A stretch of DNA of 64,000 nucleotides, taken from positions 8,667-72,666 of the forward strand of contig CAVVVB010000003.1 in the NCBI GenBank assembly GCA_963751585.1, written 5' to 3'. The DNA comes from an uncultured Chloroflexia bacterium (lineage in GTDB: Bacteria > Chloroflexota > Dehalococcoidia > GIF9 > UBA5629). This document shows positions 19,606 through 29,504 of the stretch, one piece after another (the stretch's first letter is position 1; the number at the start of each line of letters is the position of its first letter). The notes beneath the pieces were generated by a model. It ran no database searches and was not told the origin of the DNA. It saw nothing but the letters and a program-made list of their open reading frames with translations. Both the position numbers and the translations under genes were made by a program.

Positions 19606-20064
19606 ATGATTGCAGTAGGCAGCAAGGCACATGATTTTATGTTGAGCGACCACAACGGTAAGCAGGTGACATTATCAGGCATTAAAGGTAGAAAAGTGCT
19701 GCTCTCATTTCACCCGCTAGCTTGGACTAGCGTCTGTGCCGAGCAGATGAAATCACTGGAAGCTAACTATGCACAGTTAGAAAAGCTGAACACCATAGCT
19801 TTTGGTTTGAGCATCGATTCGGTGCCCTGCAAGAAGGCCTGGGCTAAGGAGCTGGCTATTGCCAAAACCAGTCTCCTCTGTGACTTCTGGCCTCACGGTG
19901 GCGTGGCCAAGTTGTACGATATATTCAGGGAGAAGGATGGATTTTCCGAGAGAGCCAACATTGTTGTCGACGAAAATCTAAAGGTCACATTTGCTCAGAC
20001 CTATCCCATCTCCCAGCTGCCCGATATCAACGAGATCATAAAACTTCTGGACGGAAAGCGTTGA
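19606..20064 (+). CDS. Peroxiredoxin (AhpC/TSA / Bcp-type thiol peroxidase)
   Basis: 152 aa. Thioredoxin fold with peroxidatic Cys in FHPLAWTSVCAEQ and a second Cys in VPCKKAWAKE. Confidence 0.85.
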   Translation: MIAVGSKAHDFMLSDHNGKQVTLSGIKGRKVLLSFHPLAWTSVCAEQMKSLEANYAQLEKLNTIAFGLSIDSVPCKKAWAKELAIAKTSLLCDFWPHGGVAKLYDIFREKDGFSERANIVVDENLKVTFAQTYPISQLPDINEIIKLLDGKR

Positions 20065-20068
20065 TGAG

Positions 20069-20575
20069 CTAGATGAAACGTTCGAACCGGTCTTTTTTAG
20101 CCCGGCATATCGGACATAATTCAGGCGGGCCGTCTCTGGCGCATAAATAGCCGCAGACCTTACACCTCCATACCGGGAGGGGGAGTTCCACCAGGCCTTT
20201 CTGAGGTTTGGTCGCTTTCTTTGCCAGCACGTTCGCTGGCCGTCGTTCGGGTATCGATCCTATGGTCTTTTCGCCGTTGACAACCGCCTGGGAGACGTAA
20301 AGGCCGCAATAACAGGTGTCGTATTCGCTAAGGTCGGGATCTCTGTAATCGCAGGGACATATGATGTCCAAGTCCTTCTCCTTAACTCCGGAAGCCAGCC
20401 GGCACGGGCAAGCCATGTACCCGTATCGCTTCTCATTTACCAGCAGGCCTTTTACCAGGTCTTTGGTAAGCTCAACGTCCGGGTTAAGGAAATAGCTGCC
20501 GTATTGAGCGTCTCTCTTTAGTTTCTCATACCTGCTATCGATCTCGCTCCCTGTTATTGGCGGCTGATTCGTCAT
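20069..20575 (-). CDS. Ferredoxin:thioredoxin reductase catalytic subunit fused to a C-terminal rubredoxin-like domain
   Basis: FTR-B signature Cys pattern (CPCRL...CPCD...CYCGLY) plus a C-terminal CKVCGY...CPIC rubredoxin-type knuckle pair. Confidence 0.8.
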   Translation of the reverse strand: MTNQPPITGSEIDSRYEKLKRDAQYGSYFLNPDVELTKDLVKGLLVNEKRYGYMACPCRLASGVKEKDLDIICPCDYRDPDLSEYDTCYCGLYVSQAVVNGEKTIGSIPERRPANVLAKKATKPQKGLVELPLPVWRCKVCGYLCARDGPPELCPICRAKKDRFERFI

Positions 20576-20871
20576 TTCTTCAAAAGCTCCAATATTCTGG
20601 GCTCGTCAAAGCCGACTACGCACTGATTGTTTATTACCAGAGTCGGGTACGTGCACTGCGGGTTCCATTTCTTTACCACTTTGACAGTGTCATCCCTTTC
20701 TTTGCCTTGCAGCAGATCTACGTATTCGTAGTCGTATTCGACGCCCAGATCGTCCAACAGTTTCCTTGTCTTTTTGCACCATCCACACGTGCTCAAGGCA
20801 TACAGCATAACTTGACCCGCATTCTTGCCGGGAACATGTTCCACGACCATATCCACATCTCCTTTCGTCAA
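20572..20871 (-). CDS. Glutaredoxin-like protein (NrdH/YruB-type)
   Basis: 99 aa with a CGWC active site in a thioredoxin fold (VMLYALSTCGWCKK...YPTLVINN). A 4-bp overlap with the FTR gene places them in one operon. Confidence 0.75.
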   Translation of the reverse strand: MTKGDVDMVVEHVPGKNAGQVMLYALSTCGWCKKTRKLLDDLGVEYDYEYVDLLQGKERDDTVKVVKKWNPQCTYPTLVINNQCVVGFDEPRILELLKK

Positions 20872-21146
20872 AATGCCCTATCACTATTATACATTTTTGG
20901 CTAGTTTGGTATTCATTACCTGTCACGCGCATACGTGGTGTACCATAAAATCCCTCTCTTTCTCCCTTTACAAAAGGGAGACATGATCTCCCCACTTGAA
21001 GAGGGCCTCCTCTCAATTTTCTCCCCCTTAGGAAAAGGGGGACATAGGGGGATTTGAGGCGCCAGCCCTGGATTTATTGGATTAATCGCCTTGTTACGTT
21101 GCTGGAATTGGGTAAGTTAGCTAAAATAGACGTCGCGGAGGTAAAC

Positions 21147-22187
21147 GTGGCTAAGTTTGACCCTAGTTTGAGAAATAGATATTCCAGGCAAACCGTTTTC
21201 CCCGGCATAGGTGAAGAGGGTCAAGCAAAGCTATTAAGCAGCAGCGCAGTTATCATAGGCTGCGGAGCACTGGGCTGCAATATTGCAAACCTACTGGTGC
21301 GTGCCGGCGTCGGCAAAGTGAAAATCGTGGACCGGGATTTCCCCGAGTACCATAATCTGCAGCGGCAGGTGCTCTTTGATGAGGATGATATTCGCGCCAA
21401 ATTGCCCAAGGCCGTGGCCGCCGAACGCCATTTGACTAAGGTGAACTCCACTATTGAGGTTAGGGGTATCGTGGCTGACGTGAACTATACCAATATCGAG
21501 GAATTATGCCGTGGTGCCGATATAATACTCGATGGCCTGGATAACGCCGAGACACGCTTTCTCATAAACGATGTGTCGCTTAAGCACAAGATACCGTGGG
21601 TCTACGGTGCGGCTCTGACTTCGGCCGGGATGAGCATGAACATAATTCCCGGTGAAACGCCGTGCCTCAGATGCATCTATCCCAGTCCGGCTCCGAGGTC
21701 TATCACACAAACCTGTGAGACGGCGGGAATAGTAGGTACGGTTCCGGCTATCGTGGGCGCTCTTCAGGCCACGGAGGCGATGAAGATCCTGATAGGGTCC
21801 AAGGAAATAAACCGTGACCTCATTTGCCTTGATGTCTGGTACGGAACCTTCCAGCATTTCCAGATAAAGCCTCGGAAAAACTGCCCCACCTGTACCGGAA
21901 AGTATGAGTTCTTAGACGAGAAATTTGACGTAAAAACTACGGTTTTGTGCGGGCAGAGCCGGTCTGTGCAGGTGGTGAGTACCAGTATAAAGTCGATTTC
22001 TTTGAGCAAGCTCGCATCGCGGCTCAAAGGCGCCAGCGATATAACGAAAACAGAGCACATGCTGGACTTTATGATCGGCGATCACGAGATTGCGGTATTT
22101 CCGGATGGCCGTGCCGTTATCAAAAACACGACCGATGAATCAACGGCCAGAGATCTCTATGATAAGTATGTCAGGCAGTTGATTTGA
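21147..22187 (+). CDS. ThiF/MoeB-family E1-like adenylyltransferase with a C-terminal extension of about 100 aa
   Basis: Rossmann GCGALGC motif, the YSRQ-type start of the E1 domain and CxxC pairs (CLRC...CPTC). The GTG start at 21147 has a GGAGG RBS. The track start at 21054 lies inside the upstream repeat region. Confidence 0.85.
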   Translation: MAKFDPSLRNRYSRQTVFPGIGEEGQAKLLSSSAVIIGCGALGCNIANLLVRAGVGKVKIVDRDFPEYHNLQRQVLFDEDDIRAKLPKAVAAERHLTKVNSTIEVRGIVADVNYTNIEELCRGADIILDGLDNAETRFLINDVSLKHKIPWVYGAALTSAGMSMNIIPGETPCLRCIYPSPAPRSITQTCETAGIVGTVPAIVGALQATEAMKILIGSKEINRDLICLDVWYGTFQHFQIKPRKNCPTCTGKYEFLDEKFDVKTTVLCGQSRSVQVVSTSIKSISLSKLASRLKGASDITKTEHMLDFMIGDHEIAVFPDGRAVIKNTTDESTARDLYDKYVRQLI

Positions 22188-22228
22188 GCCTGGCGTCACT
22201 GAACCTCAATGCGTTCCACCCACTTGAC

Positions 22229-22768
22229 TCAATTGCTGCCGTATTCGCCTTTTACCACCAGACGCAAAGGATAGCCGTGGTCTAAAGGTAGAACCTGGCC
22301 ATCGACTGTATGTGCCAGGTAAACCTCGTTTTTCATGACCTTGTCCCGGGGTAGCGTTTTTTGGTATCCGCCTATTGCGTAGAAGACTATCTTGGTTCCT
22401 TGCTGCTGTATGCCGGCCTCGTTCAATAACGTAGCCACCGGCACACCTGTCCACTCCGCATTGTCGATGAAGACTCCCGGGCACTCCATCAGCACCACGT
22501 CGGTCACTGTGGGGTACTTCAGGATTTCGTCATAAGTCAGGCTCAGTGGCTTGTCTACCAGTCCGTCGACGGTAAGGCGATATTTAGCCATATCCGGCTC
22601 TGCCGGGGGAAAGCCGGTCTTATGGAGTAGCTCGACGGGTGTTACGGGAAGATTCGAGTAAGCTCCAGCTTGTCCCGCTGTGGTCGCGGCGCAAGAGATG
22701 GCCGGCAATGCTATCGCCGCCACGACTATCAATGATATCCACAGGGGGGAATTACTAATTTTCAACAT
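22229..22768 (-). CDS. Secreted molybdopterin-binding oxidoreductase (sulfite-oxidase/MsrP-YedY fold), terminated by an in-frame TGA 11 codons before a conserved C-terminus
   Basis: Signal peptide, then an Oxidored_molyb-domain sequence (HGYPLRLVVKGEYGSN). The next codons after the TGA read VKWVERIEVQ and end at a second TGA at 22195. Confidence 0.65.
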   Translation of the reverse strand: MLKISNSPLWISLIVVAAIALPAISCAATTAGQAGAYSNLPVTPVELLHKTGFPPAEPDMAKYRLTVDGLVDKPLSLTYDEILKYPTVTDVVLMECPGVFIDNAEWTGVPVATLLNEAGIQQQGTKIVFYAIGGYQKTLPRDKVMKNEVYLAHTVDGQVLPLDHGYPLRLVVKGEYGSN

Positions 22769-22947
22769 TTAACCCCTTCGGTTTGGGCTTAAAATTTATT
22801 CTCCGGGAAAGTTGCGGGATTGTATGTGACTTCTATCTCGGTTTCATTCATTTCGAGGCAGATCAGGCTGAGCTGGCAGCGTGTGATTTCGTTTTGTGCT
22901 AAAATTGCTCGATTGTTACCCGGGGGACTCTCGGGAATTGATTCTTC

Positions 22948-24220
22948 ATGACTGATCAGAAAATCTCCGCCGCAGCCGACAAGAAGCAGAAGTTCTATTA
23001 TGGCTACATCATTGTGGCCGCTGCCCTGTTGATCATCATTCTGGATTACGGTGCTCGCCTTACCTTTGGCGTCTTCTTCAAGCCAACCATGAACGAGTTC
23101 GATTGGAGCCGGACCATAATTTCGGGCGCCTTCACCTTATCCACCTTACTGCAGGGCGTGTGCTCAATGTTCATGGGCAGGTGGAACGACAAGCTTGGCC
23201 CCAGGTTCGTGATGACGTTTTGCGGTGCCATTTTTGGTGTCGGCTATTTATTGATGGCGCTGGTCAATAATGTCTGGGAGCTATATGTCATCTATGGGGT
23301 GGTAATAGGAGTGGGGATGAGTGGTGCCTTCGTTGCCCTGTTGTCGACCGTGGCCAGGTGGTTTGTGAAGCGAAGAGGTATTATGACGGGAATTGTCATA
23401 TGCGGTGTGGGGCTGGGCACTTTCATCATACCGCCGCTGGCTAATTCGTTAATCGCCGCCTACGGCTGGCGCATGTCGTATCTACTGTTAGGCGGTGTGG
23501 TCCTGGTACTTGGCGTGCTGGCCGCTCAGGTATTGAGGCGCGACCCTTCTAAGAAAGGGCTGATGCCCTATGGCGAAGCAGTGATCGGCCCAAAACAGGT
23601 GGCTTCGGGCGACCAGGGCCTTTCTCTGAGTGAAGCCGCTAGGACCGGGCAATTCTGGATGGCGCTGCTGATCTTCTTCTGCCTGGGATACAGCGTATTC
23701 ACCATAAATATTCATCTGGTCCCCGCCATTACCGATATGGGAATTTCAGCCGCCACCGCCGCCGGTGTTCTGGGGATAACGGGGGCCAGCACGGCTGCCG
23801 GTTGCCTTATAATGGGTGCTGCGATTGACCGAATTGGCAGCAGGCGCGTGGCTATCATTTGCTTCACCCTGCTAGCGGCCAGCGCACTCTGGCTGGTGGT
23901 CATCAAAGACGTCTGGGTTATCTACCTCTATGCCATTGTCTTTGGTATAGGCTTCGGGCGGTAATGCGCCGGTGGAATCAACCATAACCGCCGAACTGTT
24001 CGGGATGAAGTCGCACGGGGCCATTTTCGGTGTCGTAAGCTTGTGCTTCACTATTGGAGGCGCTATAGGTCCGTTCATAAGCGGGTATCTGTTTGATATC
24101 ACCGGCAGTTATCATGTGGCTTTCTTCATTGCTGCCGCTGCTGCTGCCATTGGCATAGCGTTTTCTGCGCTGCTCAAACCGATCAGACGACCGGCCCTGC
24201 AGCCTCAAATTTCTCAATAA
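22948..24220 (+). CDS. MFS transporter (oxalate/formate-antiporter-like) carrying a single-base frameshift near 23955
   Basis: ORFs 22948..23964 and 23972..24220 are the two halves of one 12-TM MFS protein. Shifting one base at ggcttcgggcggtaat restores GFGGNAPVESTITAELFGM. Confidence 0.75.
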
Positions 24221-24241
24221 GGGCTTTGTCGACACAGACCA

Positions 24242-24270
24242 TTGACAATGTCTGAGTAAAAATTTAGAAT
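24242..24270 (+). promoter_or_regulatory. Consensus sigma70-type promoter (TTGACA-17-TAGAAT) driving the 24493 gene through a leader of about 220 nt
   Basis: The sequence ttgacaatgtctgagtaaaaatttagaat reads directly as -35, a 17-nt spacer and -10. Confidence 0.55.
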
Positions 24271-24492
24271 GCAATCCGGTCATGTAAGACGACCTTAACA
24301 ACAAAAACAGCGAGTTGGGCGGGCAGTGATGTGATATGAAGGGCACCGGAATCGTAAGATATTGGCGAGCGATGAACGGTGCCCTTTAAATTTAAGCAAG
24401 ACTTGATATAAGGAGGTGCGTAGGTGTGAGTGAGATTATGAAGGCTAATTAGTTAGGGAACCTGTAAATCTATTATCAAGGAGGAGTATCAA

Positions 24493-25008
24493 ATGGCAAA
24501 AAGGGACCTGACACCTGCCCCAACTGGAAACGAAGTCTTGATGAAGGCTTTTGAAGAGTCCAAAGGTAAAACGGTGGATGTCGTCGTTGAACAGGAAGTA
24601 GCTGGAGTTACACCTGAGATGTTTAACTGGTGGATGGGTAAGGCCATTATGCCCTTTTACCGGGCCTGGTGGCCGGAAATGCACTTCGCGGCTGAACTGG
24701 TGATGCCGCCAGGTGCGAAAGAGCCACGCGTAATAATAAAGGAAATGATTACGCCGTATTATACTGAGTTTCGCTGCGGTCTCATCCCAGGGGGCATCAG
24801 CTTCCTGACTCCTGATGACAAAAAGATGGGCCAGCTTATTCATACGCCTACGGCGTCAGCCAAAGGCATAAAAATGCGCTCGGTATTTACGTTTCCGGCA
24901 ACAACGCCCAAGTCCTTTCTTGACGCTATGTACAAGCATTGTAAAGGGGAAATGCAGGATTTTCCGAAATTCCTTCCCGAGCTTTACAAACAACAAGTCA
25001 AGAAGTGA
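24493..25008 (+). CDS. Hypothetical protein
   Basis: 171 aa with a good RBS (aaggaggagtatcaaATG). No family recognised. Confidence 0.5.
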   Translation: MAKRDLTPAPTGNEVLMKAFEESKGKTVDVVVEQEVAGVTPEMFNWWMGKAIMPFYRAWWPEMHFAAELVMPPGAKEPRVIIKEMITPYYTEFRCGLIPGGISFLTPDDKKMGQLIHTPTASAKGIKMRSVFTFPATTPKSFLDAMYKHCKGEMQDFPKFLPELYKQQVKK

Positions 25009-25126
25009 CCTTCGTGGATGCAGTCCACGGCTAGAATCTTTGTGGCAATACAAGTTGAGAGGCGATAATAGGGTTGAAGTAAGGATAATCTTACTTCAAC
25101 CCCGGTTGTTAGTCTTTCTGGTGCCG

Positions 25127-25683
25127 TTAATAGGGCAGGATATCTCTCTTGGCCACGCCGTTTACCAGTATTGCCATTGACAGGTACCAGGCGATAACGG
25201 CCACTACTATTCCCAGATAGCCACCGGCTGCCTTGAAAAATCCGGAGTACTCGCCGACAGCCAGCAAAAAGAAGGTGATGGTTAGTGCCACGAAGAGCAC
25301 TCTGATTCCTTTGTGAGTATGGAATGAAGCCACTGTTGCGTAGAGCGTGAACAGCCCCCAGGCGAAGAGAAATGCTGCCATGCCGGCCGGCGGCACCGCC
25401 GCGATGACTTTGGCTTGCTCCAGGACTACCATCAGCGCCAGCCCCATCCAGAATGCTCCGAAAGAGCTGAAACAAGTGGCACCGAAGATATTCCCCACCT
25501 TGAATTCCCACATGCCCGCCAGTATCTGGGCCAGCCCGCCGTAGAAAAATGCCATTCCCAGCACCATCCCCAGGCCTTCAGGTTTAAGTATCCCTGAGTT
25601 AACCAGGCTCAAAAGGAAAGTGGTGAGAGCGAATCCACCCAGTCCGAGTGCCCCGGGTTAGCTATAGTTTCCTGATCGGCCAT
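25127..25683 (-). CDS. GPR1/FUN34/YaaH (SatP) family acetate/succinate channel, with a 1-bp frameshift near the N-terminus (about 25652)
   Basis: Family motifs are present (YGGLAQILAGMWEFKVGNIFGATCFSSFGAFW). Upstream, the ATG at 25683 gives MADQETIANP in another frame. Inserting one base in the ccccggg run restores NPAALGLGGFALTTFLLSLVNSG. Confidence 0.75.
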
Positions 25684-25872
25684 ATAGTCTCCTCCTTCTT
25701 TGTTCATGAATTATTGGAACGGGATAGAACGGGCATAATAAATCGGGGCGACTGGAATTGAGCTTCTGTGCATTATCGTCCCGAAAGCTTTACGTCACCG
25801 ACCCCGCCGCACTGCAAGCGAAACATTATAAATCAAATTGTTAGTCGACATCAAGCTTAGCCCGTGCGTATT

Positions 25873-25895
25873 GACTGGCATGCTATAATCATGCT
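25873..25895 (+). promoter_or_regulatory. Extended -10 promoter candidate (TGcTATAAT) about 340 nt upstream of the OYE-family gene
   Basis: attgactggcatgctataatcatgc contains TGnTATAAT. A long untranslated leader follows. Confidence 0.35.
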
Positions 25896-26235
25896 TGGCT
25901 GCTTCAAATTCAATCAGGTCAGAGGGTCAGCGAGGCGGGTTTTCACATAAGCCATAAAAAGAGTGGTGGAATAGTATGGGTGCCACGTTTACGGTAACCA
26001 CAGGGTTGTCGATCCTTATTTCTTCAAACATTACGATTTCTATAGTCACGTGCAATGTGTTTATTCCTGAGTTTAGTATTCCAGAGCTTGAGCCGTAAGC
26101 ATCAATGGAGCGGATAAAATAGAACTCCGCACGACTAATCATCGCAATGAGGATGGAGGTGTCCGAGATGCGCAGTACTTGAGCTACTACATTATTTCAA
26201 CGGAATGACGATTGAATAAGAGGAGGAAGTATCTA

Positions 26236-28180
26236 ATGCAAAGCAAGTTCCCCAAATTGGCTGAGCCCGGGTTCATAGGTAATCTAGCGCTGAAAAACAG
26301 GATTATAAAAGCTCCACAATGCTCCGTACTGGCCAGCCCCGACGGCTCAGTAACCGAGAGGATGATACGCTATTATAAGGACGTTGCTCAGGGTGGCGTT
26401 AGCATGATAATTCTTGAATATGCCTGGATAGATAACGATGCCAGTAAAGCCGGTCCGTGCCAGCTGGGCATTGCCAGCCTGGAACACTTGCCCGGGCTGT
26501 CGCTGCTGGCAAATGCCATACAGGCGAATGGGGCCAAGGCGGCGATTCAGATATCACACGCCGGGCGACAGAAATTCAACTTCGCCCGGCCGATCAAGGC
26601 GCCTTCGACTGTGCCGTGGGAAGAGATGTACTACCAGGGCTGCCCGCCGCCGGATGAACTGACTTTCGACGAGATAAAGCAGATCGTTAAATCTTTTGGA
26701 GACGCGGCGCATAATGCACAAATGGCAGGCTTCGATATGGTCGAGGTGCACGCCTGTCATGGCTATCTTATTTCTAATTTCCTGTCACCCCGAACAAATA
26801 AGCGTACCGATTGGTATGGTGGTTCGTTAGACAACCGCCTGCGTTTTACACTGGAAGTGGTGAACCAGATTAAATCCCAGGTGGCGCCTGGTTTCCCGGT
26901 TTGCGTCAGGGTTAGCGGCACTGATTATGAACCGGATGGCACCACAATCGAGGAGACAATACAGCTCTGCAAGCGTCTCGAGGCCATGGGCGTGGCTGCG
27001 ATTCACGTTTCGGGAGGGAACCATCACCAGTCCATTCACGAAATCTGCCCTACCGGGATGTCATTAGCGCACAATGTGTGGGCAGCGGAGGCTGTAAAGA
27101 AGCAGGTGAAGATTCCCGTTATTGCCTCCGGTTCGATTACCAATCCCGAGCTGGCTGAGAGTATTCTGGCGGATGGAAAGGGCGACTTCATCAGTCTCGG
27201 TCGGCCTTTGTGGGCAGACCCGCAATGGCCCCTGAAGGCACTCAGCGGGAAGCCGCAAGACATAAGGCCCTGCATACGCTGTAACGATGGTTGTCTGGAC
27301 AGAGGGCTTCGTCAGGCTAGAGCCATCACATGCTCTGTTAATATTGCGGTCGGCAAGGAAGATGAATTCAGCATTACTAAGGCCGACAGGAGCCGAAACG
27401 TGGCGGTTATCGGTGGTGGTCCGGCCGGGATGGAGGCGGCGCGGGTCTGCGCCCTGAAAGGGCACAACGTCACTCTGTACGAGAAGCGCCAGCTAGGGGG
27501 TGCTCTTAACGAGGCCTCAATTCCCGACTTCAAAGCACCCGATCTGAAACCGCTTATCGACTATTTTGCTACGCAGATGAAAGAGCTGAAGATCAAGGTT
27601 TTGAAAAAGGAGGCCGAACCTCAGGATATCATAGACGGCAAATTTGACACGGTCATTGTGGCTACTGGAGCCACTTCCATAATTCCTGAGGACGTCCCCG
27701 GTATCACCAAGCCGCACGTAGCCACTGCGGTGGACGTGCTCCGGGGTAACGCCAAAGTTGGAGAGAAAATAGTGGTTGTCGGCAGCGGCATAGTGGGCAT
27801 AGAGGTCGGCGTGTTCTTAGCCGAGCAAGGCAAAGAGGTGACCTTCGTTGAAATGCTTGATATGTTCATGAATGGAGTTGGCTGGGACGAGCAGGCCGTA
27901 TACGGTGAACGCTTGAGGAAGCTTAAGATATCAGTCCAAAAAGGAAAACGGCTGGAGAGCGTATCGGATAAGGATATTCACGGTGGTCAACAGGTATGGC
28001 ATGCGGACCAAGATTCCGGCTGACACGGTGGTGCTGGCTGCCGGCCTTAAACCCAACAGGGACCTAATTGGAGCCTTAAGAAAGGCCGGCATTCAAGTTA
28101 TGGAGGCGGGAGATTGCGTGCGGCCGCGCAAAATCATGGATGCCATACACGAAGGACATCTGGCCGCCAAGCTGATGTAG
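26236..28180 (+). CDS. Old-yellow-enzyme (FMN) domain fused to an FAD/NAD(P)-binding domain oxidoreductase (2,4-dienoyl-CoA-reductase / NADH:flavin oxidoreductase family), frameshift near 27980
   Basis: OYE TIM-barrel N-domain, a Cys cluster (CIRCNDGC) and the GGGPAGMEAA dinucleotide motif. The C-terminal 65 aa lie in a second ORF (27983..28180). Removing one base near gatattcacgg restores DKDITVVNRYGMRTKIPADTVV. Confidence 0.8.
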
Positions 28181-28211
28181 CTTTTAAGAAAATAAATCAG
28201 GAGGAGGTAGC

Positions 28212-29453
28212 ATGAGGAAATTAGCCATATCGATATTAGCAGCCATAATACTGCTGGCTTTACTGGCCGGTGCCTGTGCTCAACCGGCATCGACGCCGGG
28301 TGCGGCACCGACCACTGCCGCGCCACCTAAGACATTGCCTATCGGCATCTCAACGCCGCTGACGGGCACCGCCGCGCACCACGGCACCATGATGCAAAAC
28401 GGCACGCTTCTGGCCATCGAAAATCAGAACGCTGAAGGCGGCGTCACTATTGGCGGCCAGAAGTATATGCTGGAGCCCATCGTCCGTGACAACAAGTGGG
28501 ACTTGATTGTGGCCAATTCCGTCGCCGAAGAGCTAGTATTCGACAAAGGAGTGAAGGCCATCGCCGGGCCCTTTGTCATGGACGCTATATCTACGCAGAT
28601 GGTCACCGAACCTAATAAAGTGCTAATGTTCGCCCTGACGGTGACCACACCGCAGATGACCGGCCCGAACAAACCCTATACTTTCTTCACCGGTTTCCCT
28701 TTCATTGAGTTGTACGATAGTCAGTGCGCCTACTTCCAAAAATTCTACCCCGAGGCGAAGAAGATGCTGACACTGGCGATTGACCTGCCTGACCAGCAAG
28801 TCTTCACCGGTTGCGCTCAAACTATATGCCCGCGCTATGGGCTGGAGTGGATCGGCGAGGAGAAGTTCCCGATTTCCATTACAGACTTTATGCCGGTGAT
28901 CACGCGGGTGCTGGCTAAGAATCCGGATATCATAGACACGGCCCAGTTCGGCTCACTCGGGGGATTGGGTGCCCTTGAAGTCAAGCAGTTACGGGAGGCC
29001 GGCTTCAAAGGCATTATCATGGTGCCGGGCAGTATTCTCCGGGAGATGTTGGAGGATGCCGTACCGAAAGATTATCTGTATAAGTTTACCTGCGGCGAAT
29101 TAGATGTTAACAGTCCCATAGATGGCGAAGCCTACAAGAGCTATGGCGCACAGTTTCAGAAACGGTTCAACATGCTGCCCAATAACCTGGCCTATTTGGA
29201 GTACAACGTTATGAAAGGCTTCTTTCAGTTCCTCAACGGCCAGAATACTATGGATACAACCGCCTGGATGGAGGGCTTCGCCAACTATTGCTGGGACGGG
29301 CTATGGGGATTTAAAAGTTGCTGGGTAGGCAAGCCGCTATTCGGCATCAACCGCTCCGTTTTAGGTCCCACGCTTATACAGGAGTATACGAACGGCAAAC
29401 TGGAAGCGAAGTGGAGTGCTCCTATTCCTTATGACTTGGTTGTAGAGAAATAG
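28212..29453 (+). CDS. Periplasmic solute-binding lipoprotein, LivK/Peripla_BP_6 family (paralog 1 of 3). No cognate permease or ATPase is adjacent.
   Basis: Lipobox LLAGACAQ and a family-typical N-domain (LPIGISTPLTGTAAHHG...AIENQNAEGGVTIGGQKY). About 45 percent identical by eye to the ORFs at 54704 and 57231. Confidence 0.8.
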   Translation: MRKLAISILAAIILLALLAGACAQPASTPGAAPTTAAPPKTLPIGISTPLTGTAAHHGTMMQNGTLLAIENQNAEGGVTIGGQKYMLEPIVRDNKWDLIVANSVAEELVFDKGVKAIAGPFVMDAISTQMVTEPNKVLMFALTVTTPQMTGPNKPYTFFTGFPFIELYDSQCAYFQKFYPEAKKMLTLAIDLPDQQVFTGCAQTICPRYGLEWIGEEKFPISITDFMPVITRVLAKNPDIIDTAQFGSLGGLGALEVKQLREAGFKGIIMVPGSILREMLEDAVPKDYLYKFTCGELDVNSPIDGEAYKSYGAQFQKRFNMLPNNLAYLEYNVMKGFFQFLNGQNTMDTTAWMEGFANYCWDGLWGFKSCWVGKPLFGINRSVLGPTLIQEYTNGKLEAKWSAPIPYDLVVEK

Positions 29454-29475
29454 CCGCCTGGCCGGCATTTTTTGA

Positions 29476-29504
29476 GAAACGGGGGTTTGCTATTTCCCCC
29501 GTTT
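29476..29504. terminator. Bidirectional stem-loop between the convergent SBP and recN genes
   Basis: Perfect 10-bp inverted repeat gaaacggggg / cccccgtttc with a 9-nt loop. A U-rich tract follows on the + strand (ttcttcttatt). Confidence 0.5.

Noticed and set aside
22195-22231. Selenocysteine or read-through interpretation of the in-frame TGA in the MsrP-like gene
   Set aside because: No SECIS-like hairpin is evident downstream, the position aligns with a conserved Trp rather than a Cys or Sec site, and TGA is used as an ordinary stop throughout the window. A nonsense mutation or base error is more parsimonious.
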